From NCBI GenBank assembly GCA_000817105.1, contig JUEP01000001.1:109095-173094 (forward strand): a stretch of DNA of 64,000 bases. The letters run 5' to 3'. The stretch's first letter is position 1; the number at the start of each line of letters is the position of its first letter. The position numbers and the translations under genes were made by a program. The notes beneath the pieces were generated by a model. The model saw nothing but the letters and a program-made list of their open reading frames with translations, was not told where the DNA came from and searched no databases. Positions 57,056 through 64,000 of the stretch are shown here, in pieces. This DNA comes from a marine actinobacterium MedAcidi-G3. Lineage in GTDB: Bacteria; Actinomycetota; Acidimicrobiia; Acidimicrobiales; Poriferisodalaceae.

Positions 57056-58110
57056 ACACTTCCTCGCCTGCCTTATTAGATGCCCGTGTTGTCCTGCAGC
57101 GGGGAGACCTCAATCTCGATGTCGAACTGTCAGTGCAGCGAGGAGAAACCGTCGCGATCATGGGACCTAACGGTGCGGGCAAAACCACCCTGCTTTATGC
57201 CCTTCTGGGGTGGATACCAATTCAGTCAGGTTGGGTGCTGGTAGATAACGATATCTTTGAGGCTCCAGGCCAGGATGAAGTCACACCGACGCGCGAGCGT
57301 GAATTGGGAATGGTTTTTCAGGATGGGCTTCTATTCCCCCATTTGAAAGTCATTGAAAACATCAGATTTGGAACAAACAAAGATGATGATCTTCTCGATC
57401 TCCTGCAGACACTAGAGATCTTCCCTTTGCTGAAAAAGTATCCATCCGAGCTCTCAGCAGGGGAAACCCAAAGAGTCGCGCTGGCGCGGACCCTAGCTGC
57501 CCGCCCCAAGATGGTGCTGCTTGATGAGCCCTTGGCGTTACTCGACCTCAGCGCCCGCTCCAACGCTCGGAACATGATTCAGACAGCGCTCCAACAGAGC
57601 CTCGCTGGAGCCTTACTGGTGACCCATGACCCTGCCGATGCGTTTGCGTTAGCTCAACGAGTCTTAATCTTGGAGGGTGGCCGTGTGACCCAGTTCGGCA
57701 CCCCCGATCAAATTCGGGCAAAACCGAAATCACGTTGGGTTGCAGACCTAATGGGGTGGAACGTCTTCTATGGCGTTGGACAAGGTTCGTCTGTAGGCCT
57801 CGAAAGCGGTATCGAGTTTGCGACGGCCGAGGCGAATCTTTCAGGAAAAGCCATGGTCATGATTAGTCCTTCCTCTGTGGCTCTCTTTGTGGAACGTCCC
57901 AGCGGGAGCCCACGCAACAGTTGGCTATGTCGAATCCGGCGAGTTGAGTACCTTGATGGACTAGCACGCGTCTCACTTTTTGGGCCATTGGACATATACG
58001 CCGACATAACTTTGGCCGCTGCCAGCGAGCTTGACCTCACCCCCGGACGCGAGTTTTGGGTAACTGTAAAAGCTACTGAGATCCAGGCACAGGTTCTCAA
58101 GACTGAGTAA
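57052..58110 (+). CDS. modC: Molybdate ABC transporter ATPase with TOBE domain
   Basis: GPNGAGKT, LSAGETQR, LLDEP, VTHD; C-terminal S.RN/TOBE. Confidence 0.92.
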   Translation: MNTSSPALLDARVVLQRGDLNLDVELSVQRGETVAIMGPNGAGKTTLLYALLGWIPIQSGWVLVDNDIFEAPGQDEVTPTRERELGMVFQDGLLFPHLKVIENIRFGTNKDDDLLDLLQTLEIFPLLKKYPSELSAGETQRVALARTLAARPKMVLLDEPLALLDLSARSNARNMIQTALQQSLAGALLVTHDPADAFALAQRVLILEGGRVTQFGTPDQIRAKPKSRWVADLMGWNVFYGVGQGSSVGLESGIEFATAEANLSGKAMVMISPSSVALFVERPSGSPRNSWLCRIRRVEYLDGLARVSLFGPLDIYADITLAAASELDLTPGREFWVTVKATEIQAQVLKTE

Positions 58111-58182
58111 ATGCAGACGGTCTGCGAGCACACAAACTATCGCAATCCGCGCAGGTCAAAAAGCTTGACTACGGTCCTGGAC

Positions 58183-58965
58183 ATGGAAATCTCACAGTTA
58201 TTTGATGTCAGCGGAAAAATCGCAGTTGTGACGGGAGGAAGTCGAGGCATCGGCTACATGATCGCCGAAGGACTTCTGCGAAATGGGTGCTCTGTCTATA
58301 TAACCTCGCGAAAAGTACAAGAATGCGAGCGGGCGGCCGCCGATCTAAGTAAGTACGGCAGTTGCACTGCCATCCCTTCAGACTTAAGCGATGATTCGGC
58401 GCGTGTCCGCTTCGTTGAGGAGTTTCGCAAGCACGAAAATCACCTCGATCTCCTAGTAAATAACGCTGGAGCTGCATGGGGCGCGCCAATAGGAGATTTT
58501 CCTTCGAGCGGGTTCGACAAGGTTCTGAACGTCAATGTGAAGGCGCCCTTCATGTTGACTCAAGACCTGCTGCCGGAACTACGTAGCGCAGCAACTGACG
58601 ATAACCCGGCTCGAGTCATCATGATCGGGTCTATTGATGGTGTCCGTGTTCCGTTTGGCGATAACTATTCCTATTCAGCTTCGAAGGCCGGAATCCATAT
58701 GCTTACTCGACACCTGGCGCACCATCTCGTGAGGGAGAGAGTAAGTGTTAATTGCATTGCTCCCGGCCCGTTTGAATCGAAGATGATGAGCTACATGCTC
58801 GACAACCCTGAGCGGCGAGCTGGCGTGGTTGCTTCAACGCCGTTAGGTCGTATTGGCAGCGCCGAAGATATCGTCGGGGCCACAATTTTCTTGGCGAGTC
58901 GGGCGGGCTCTTGGTTGACGGGCGTCACAATTCCAGTAGATGGCGGTATCTCCACCCATGGCTAG
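58183..58965 (+). CDS. SDR-family oxidoreductase
   Basis: TGGSRGIG, NNAG, YSASK. Confidence 0.93.
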   Translation: MEISQLFDVSGKIAVVTGGSRGIGYMIAEGLLRNGCSVYITSRKVQECERAAADLSKYGSCTAIPSDLSDDSARVRFVEEFRKHENHLDLLVNNAGAAWGAPIGDFPSSGFDKVLNVNVKAPFMLTQDLLPELRSAATDDNPARVIMIGSIDGVRVPFGDNYSYSASKAGIHMLTRHLAHHLVRERVSVNCIAPGPFESKMMSYMLDNPERRAGVVASTPLGRIGSAEDIVGATIFLASRAGSWLTGVTIPVDGGISTHG

Positions 58966-59527
58966 CGGCGAGAGCTGCACCATTTTGGTTGGCAGTCTGC
59001 GACAAGACTCAATAAACCGGGCAGCAGCATCATATGCGGCCGGGCATCTGCGTGATCACTTCACAGTTCATCAACCTGAGCTGGCTCAAATACCGCTTTT
59101 CAACCAGGATGTTGAGGACGTCGGTTATCCCGCACCGGTAGGTGCCCTCAAACGCGTTGTTTCAGAGAGTTCACTCGTGCTCTTCTTTACTCCCGAATAC
59201 AACTACAGCACTTCGGGCGTTTTGAAGAATGCTATTGATTGGCTATCACGCCCATTTGGTTCGGGGAGTCTCGTTGGGAGCGTGGTTGCGATCGCTAGCG
59301 CAAGCCCCGGTTCGCGTGGAGGAGAGAACGCTCGTGAGCATCTTCTACAAACCTGCAGCGTTCTGACAGATCGGCTCTACAAAGTCACTCTTGGAATTCC
59401 CAACGTCACCGAGCTCAAGGCGGGCTCTTTGTCCGAGCAACACTCGCAACTACTGGCCCACTGGCTGGAGGACGTGATCGAATTCTCCAGACAGCCTGAA
59501 GCTCAAGCCCAAAAAATGAGCTCATAA
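58958..59527 (+). CDS. NADPH-dependent FMN reductase
   Basis: GSLR..S.N, TPEYNYS..GVLKNAIDWLSRP. Confidence 0.92.
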   Translation: MASGESCTILVGSLRQDSINRAAASYAAGHLRDHFTVHQPELAQIPLFNQDVEDVGYPAPVGALKRVVSESSLVLFFTPEYNYSTSGVLKNAIDWLSRPFGSGSLVGSVVAIASASPGSRGGENAREHLLQTCSVLTDRLYKVTLGIPNVTELKAGSLSEQHSQLLAHWLEDVIEFSRQPEAQAQKMSS

Positions 59528-59572
59528 ATGCGAACCCTAATCAGCTTGTCCGACCCAGCTACATACCAGAAG

Positions 59573-60697
59573 CTATTTTTTGACCGTGGTCCATCCCGTT
59601 CTCTCACTGTCGTCAAATGACGCTGAATACCTATCTGGAACTCCCGCATCAACGTCGGTTGCAACCTTTGACACCTTTTCCATAGCGGAACTCCAGGCCT
59701 CAATAAGTCGATCCTCTCCGTTGTAATCGAAGAGGTCCGAGAGCGACCGCTCCTCCGCTCCGCCAGGTTTTAAAGGGTGCTCCGATAAGTGCTGAGCTGT
59801 AATAGCTAGGCCTTCAATCGGGTCAACAAGGTCTCGGTAACCCAAGTCGAACATCGCTTTTTCGCAGGAAGTCACTCGATGATGCGGCGTGCCTCGAACG
59901 GTCAATCTTTGGGCAAGCGTCGCATACTCCCAAGGCATGCTTATAATTTCAAACCGGTGGCCCAACGCACTGGCAATTATTTCAACCCACTGCAACAACG
60001 TTGGGGTCCATTCGTCTGAGGCGTTGTAAACCTCTCCAGCCGCGATCTGGGGATTATCGACAATGGTCAAGAGCAGATGCGCTGCGTTCACTGAATATGC
60101 ACGAGATTGCAGACTCATCCCTCCGTCGGGCAGGATCAGGTAATTTCGGCCGTCGAGAACACGTCGAACTATCGAATGCTCCAAACTTGCGACCTGACCT
60201 GGTCCATAGATCCAGGGATACCGCAAGTGGGAAGCCGTCGGATGGCTCTCAAAGACAGCTACCTCGGTACGTCCGATATTTGCCACTTTGCGGTTAACAG
60301 GAAATTCAGGGCCCTCATCGACAACCAATCGGGAGGTTTCACGAGTCGGGACGCGCATCCCAGCAGGCCATAGGGCGTCAGCGTCACCCCAACCGGTATA
60401 AGCAGGCACCCCACCAACACTCACAAATTGTTCAGCGCGACCTTCAAAGAGCTGCGCTAGCTCACGTAATCGGCCGTACATAACCACCACGAGGTCGTAG
60501 GCTTCACCTTCCAGCGCATCGCTCACTTTCCTAATATCGAACGGATCGGTATGGATGTGCTTGACGCTGTCCGGGATTTGCGGGGACTCATGGGCTCCGG
60601 TATGCAGAATGGAGACTTCATAGTCTCGGTCGATAAGGCCGTTCACAACATGGGGGCCAGTCGGGCCAGTTCCACCGACGACTAAGGCTCGTAACAT
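59573..60697 (-). CDS. NAD-dependent epimerase/dehydratase family protein
   Basis: LVVGGTG.TG, LRYP.IYGP, GEVYN. Confidence 0.82.
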   Translation of the reverse strand: MLRALVVGGTGPTGPHVVNGLIDRDYEVSILHTGAHESPQIPDSVKHIHTDPFDIRKVSDALEGEAYDLVVVMYGRLRELAQLFEGRAEQFVSVGGVPAYTGWGDADALWPAGMRVPTRETSRLVVDEGPEFPVNRKVANIGRTEVAVFESHPTASHLRYPWIYGPGQVASLEHSIVRRVLDGRNYLILPDGGMSLQSRAYSVNAAHLLLTIVDNPQIAAGEVYNASDEWTPTLLQWVEIIASALGHRFEIISMPWEYATLAQRLTVRGTPHHRVTSCEKAMFDLGYRDLVDPIEGLAITAQHLSEHPLKPGGAEERSLSDLFDYNGEDRLIEAWSSAMEKVSKVATDVDAGVPDRYSASFDDSERTGWTTVKK

Positions 60698-60868
60698 CCA
60701 GCATCCTTTCGACTGCGACGCAGAGCTTAGGGTTCGCGCTCAGGAGCCGCTTGATTGTTGCGACAGATCTCGAAGGAACTTTCTCAACACGATGCCTAAA
60801 ACCGTTTGCTAACACGAAATCGGTTTATAACTGTCGCTAACCCGCCTTCTAGGTCTACGATCTGACCT

Positions 60869-61525
60869 ATGGCACCTGAAAGCTCCGCCCTCAAGAAGGG
60901 CGCCCGAGTAGTCGTCATAGACGACCTCCCCGGCGTTGTTGCCGGTACTGCAGGCCGCGTCGGCCGATCAATCGGAATTAAGACGGTTAGATATCGAGTT
61001 CAGTTCGAAAACGGTGTTAACTCCATGTCTGTCGCTGAGAGCAAATTAGTGTCGCCTGCAGCCTGGGAATTCATAAAGGAGCGACAAGTTGCGTCTCCTG
61101 AAATTGCAGCTACCACTCCCCCTCCCGCCCCCGTAACGGCCGCTCCTCAACCCTCACCGAAGGCTCCTTCTGAACCCTCGTCCTCTTCGGCGCCTTCCGA
61201 CGCCATAGACGCGCGTCTAGCAGCTCTTACAGCGAAGTCTCGCGACGCTCGCAAGGCGGCTGGTGTAGATGTTGACGCAGAAGCGACCGAAGATCCGCCG
61301 ATCCCAGAGGTTGCCGAGCCGGAGGCTGATGATCCAGTCTCGAAAACTTCAGAGGTAGCCGACGATTCGCCTACGCCCGAAGCTGCTGAGCCGGTGGCTG
61401 ATGAGCCAGTTTCTGAAGCTTCCGAGGTACCGAAGCCAGCAGAGCCGGTATTTAATTTACCTGATGGCTACTTCCCTCCGGATAACCGAATTGCCGACCT
61501 CCTTGCGTCGGTTAAAGGGAGTTAG
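60869..61525 (+). CDS. Hypothetical protein: small SH3-like beta domain plus Pro/Ala/Glu-rich tail
   Basis: KGARVVV..DLPGV.AGT.GRV...RYRVQFENG followed by low-complexity sequence. Confidence 0.75.
   Translation: MAPESSALKKGARVVVIDDLPGVVAGTAGRVGRSIGIKTVRYRVQFENGVNSMSVAESKLVSPAAWEFIKERQVASPEIAATTPPPAPVTAAPQPSPKAPSEPSSSSAPSDAIDARLAALTAKSRDARKAAGVDVDAEATEDPPIPEVAEPEADDPVSKTSEVADDSPTPEAAEPVADEPVSEASEVPKPAEPVFNLPDGYFPPDNRIADLLASVKGS
61304..61429 (+). repeat. Imperfect intragenic direct repeat, 72-nt period
   Basis: PEVAEPEADDPVSKTSEV (61304) vs PEAAEPVADEPVSEASEV (61376). Confidence 0.75.
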
Positions 61526-61539
61526 AGTCCTTAGCTTGC

Positions 61540-63660
61540 TCAAAGTTCGAACGGTTCAGGATCTAAGAATCGTTCGAGGACGTTCTGAGTCATTTGAGCG
61601 ACATCATTGTCATAGTTGTTGCGCGCCAAAGCGCCGAACCACGAAATTGATCCGACGCTAAAGACAGCTCCGCCGTTTGGCGCTTCAAAAAATACGATGT
61701 CAGAGCGGACATAGGGATCAGGGACTGGGAATGCGACTGTGCCTTCAAATTCTTCCTTAGTTCGCAACATATCTGTGCCGAACTCAGTTGCACTCGCAAT
61801 GACTACTGCATGGCTGGGAGAACCAAGTCGTTCATCGTAACGGTCTACTTCCTGCCCGGCAGCGCCACCTCCAAGGCCAGAAGTACCAATGACATCGTCT
61901 TCAATACCAGCCAAAATCCATGAGGCTCTAGAGTCTCTCGCCTCTTCATTGACTTGATAGAAGGTTGCTTTTTCGAAACCTTGGGCTGCGAAACCTATAC
62001 CTACTAGCTGATTCGGGGCGCGCCCATTCCGCCGCCAGAGGCCTCCATACTCTCCGCCCCACGCGTGATAGTTCTCGCCATCGCCGGTCTGCCAGTTCCT
62101 GACCCCATCCTCAGCGCGGCGTAGCTCAATTGCACCAGGCCAGGAGTCGCTAAATGAAACTCGCCAGTAGAAACCATTTCCTCCCAAGTACATCAGCCGG
62201 CCACCATTGCGTTGCCATTCGTCTAATGCATCAAGCATTTTGGTTGACCAATATTCGGGATGAGAACCAGTGACAATAACGCGGTAGGGAGCGAGCGCTT
62301 CATATCCCTCGAAGTGGACATCGTCATCGCTGATCACGTCATGATCAGCATCTGATTGAAGAAGAAACGCATGAATGTCGGTATCTGGCGTGAAATTCCA
62401 CCCATCTGCTCCAGGTCGTACTTGCAGCACAGGACGTCTTCGGGAGCTAAACATCACCCCGCTGCCATCCGGATGCCTTTCATAATGGCTCAGTCCAACT
62501 TCCGGATGATCGACTAGATATTGATGCTCAGGCCGAAGATTTGCCCGAGCTCCAACGAAGTCAGCGCCCTCAATCAGCATCCGATGATTCGCGTACGCCA
62601 TATATGTGCAAGTTGGCATAAGAAGAGCGACATCAGATGTCGGCAGGCCATGACCCGGGCGTACAAAAAATGGAACACGATCAGTACCAAGCTCTGATTC
62701 AAACCGAAGACAGTAGATACCGCTGCTGAGGTCTGCTGGTAAACGAAATTTCCCTGTCGTCTCCCACCCGGCGTCATAGAGATCATCATGATGAAAATGA
62801 ATCGCGTTCCACTGCTTCGGATCGTCTCTCCATCTCTGATGCTCCCCCGACCATGTCGGTCCGGTGACTCCGCGAGTGGGTAACTGAAACAGATTTAACT
62901 TCGCGCCACCTGAAACCGACGTTATAGCTGCATCTTCCATATCGCCTTCGAACTCCCACTCATAGTGGTTGCCGTCGGCGACTAATTTCGGAGCGGCGAT
63001 ACGGCCGTCCCATCTGCCATCTGCAACACCAGCAGCCAGGCGCAGCGTAAGGTCACCAGCGAAGGTAATGGAGATTGGAACGACACATTTGTCTTGACCA
63101 CTTTGTAGTAGGTCCCTCGCTGGAGAAGCACTTTTTGGGGACGAGATTTCGATCTCAGCCACGCCTGCCTGAACGTCCACCTTGAGACTCAGGAAGTACC
63201 ACCGATGGCGTTCCAGGGGTCGGTCCCGAACCACTGCCTCGACTTCGCAAAACCGTGCTACCAGTTCCGTTCCGCTGTTACCCACCTCGACAAAGCTTTC
63301 ACCGGAACTGACCGAAAAAAGCACGCCGTCCCGCTTGAGGAAAGTTGGCTGAAACCAAAGGCTCAGCTCTAGCAGCTTTGTCTCGGGGGTCGACACTATG
63401 GCCTCAGCGTAGGAGCCGGGTAATAGACGTTGGCTGGAAAGGTCAACAGTCTGGGTTTCAATTGCTTCCACTTGAGCCTCGGCAAAGCCAGGTCCGGTAC
63501 GAGTTGGATCTCCGCAATCAAGCCGGACAATCCCTAAGGTTCCGCTCGTAGGGATATGACTCGAACCAAACCACTCAATCTCTTCGCCTGCGCGAAGCGA
63601 CCATGGTTCACAATAACCAGTTATTAACTTGGTTGAGTCGGTGTCTTGGTTTGTAGGCAT
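61540..63660 (-). CDS. N,N-dimethylformamidase large-subunit family protein
   Basis: AIHFH.DD..DA.W, PT.TY.AYAN, Y..H.DGSG, H.EY.S, YLGGNGFYW, G.E.D, GGAVFS.GSI. Confidence 0.88.
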   Translation of the reverse strand: MPTNQDTDSTKLITGYCEPWSLRAGEEIEWFGSSHIPTSGTLGIVRLDCGDPTRTGPGFAEAQVEAIETQTVDLSSQRLLPGSYAEAIVSTPETKLLELSLWFQPTFLKRDGVLFSVSSGESFVEVGNSGTELVARFCEVEAVVRDRPLERHRWYFLSLKVDVQAGVAEIEISSPKSASPARDLLQSGQDKCVVPISITFAGDLTLRLAAGVADGRWDGRIAAPKLVADGNHYEWEFEGDMEDAAITSVSGGAKLNLFQLPTRGVTGPTWSGEHQRWRDDPKQWNAIHFHHDDLYDAGWETTGKFRLPADLSSGIYCLRFESELGTDRVPFFVRPGHGLPTSDVALLMPTCTYMAYANHRMLIEGADFVGARANLRPEHQYLVDHPEVGLSHYERHPDGSGVMFSSRRRPVLQVRPGADGWNFTPDTDIHAFLLQSDADHDVISDDDVHFEGYEALAPYRVIVTGSHPEYWSTKMLDALDEWQRNGGRLMYLGGNGFYWRVSFSDSWPGAIELRRAEDGVRNWQTGDGENYHAWGGEYGGLWRRNGRAPNQLVGIGFAAQGFEKATFYQVNEEARDSRASWILAGIEDDVIGTSGLGGGAAGQEVDRYDERLGSPSHAVVIASATEFGTDMLRTKEEFEGTVAFPVPDPYVRSDIVFFEAPNGGAVFSVGSISWFGALARNNYDNDVAQMTQNVLERFLDPEPFEL

Positions 63661-63702
63661 TTGGTGAAGATTAAATATCTGATTCAGTATCTCAAGCGGC
63701 AC

Positions 63703-64000
63703 TTAGGCTCGATTTGCTTTCCAGTCTTCGTAGGACTCGATAGGCATATCGTCGGCCTTCCACCCTCCGAATCCGGTCTCAATATGGCTAATCTTCTCCA
63801 TCCCCATGTCCTTCAAAGTCTTGGTGGATAAAGCCGACCGCATACCGCCAGCGCAACACAAAACGAATTCGCGGTCTTCAGTGAAGATCTCTTTTGTATA
63901 CGGCGAATCAGGCGAAACCCAAAATTCGAGCATTCCCCTTGGGGCGTGCATCGCCCCGGGTATTGCTCCGTCACGTTGCATTTCGCGTACGTCACGAATA
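63703..64000 (-). CDS. Rhodanese-like sulfurtransferase; start lies beyond window
   Basis: IRDVRE...IPGA.HAPRGMLEFW, CAGG.RSAL, GFGGWK. Confidence 0.88.
   Translation of the reverse strand, partial: IRDVREMQRDGAIPGAMHAPRGMLEFWVSPDSPYTKEIFTEDREFVLCCAGGMRSALSTKTLKDMGMEKISHIETGFGGWKADDMPIESYEDWKANRA

Noticed and set aside
1-64000. tRNA-Sec, sel genes, CRISPR arrays, transposases, prophage or defence islands
   Set aside because: None recognised by eye; the SNF2 and ADP-ribosylglycohydrolase genes lack defence-type neighbours

Overview
Gene-dense bacterial chromosomal segment with moderate GC. Gene content (Rv2466c-like DsbA, SNF2 helicase, thiolase/DUF35, MaoC pairs, SRPBCC) suggests an actinobacterium, probably Acidimicrobiia; this is inference. 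No rRNA, tRNA, CRISPR array or mobile element was seen. The main block (about 7.6-31.6 kb) looks like a choline/glycine-betaine methyl-oxidation cluster. It contains a six-gene cobalamin methyltransferase operon (corrinoid protein, DUF1638, Virulence_fact-family protein, pterin-binding methyltransferase, RamA/RACo-type activator, non-pyrrolysine MttB), followed by betA, a dimethylglycine dehydrogenase with ETF, fhs, metF and an NAD-linked formate dehydrogenase. A repeated 17-bp pseudo-palindrome lies in three intergenic regions of this block and is a candidate operator for the local IclR regulator. Two genes that the ORF track splits in two appear to be single selenoprotein genes, each with an in-frame UGA and a SECIS-like hairpin: the FDH catalytic subunit (CNRT-U-H) and an AhpD-like protein (CFH-U). 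The rest encodes acyl-CoA/lipid catabolism, proS, glnS, modABC, a dimethylformamidase-like large subunit and redox enzymes. Product calls come from motif recognition by eye, not database searches.
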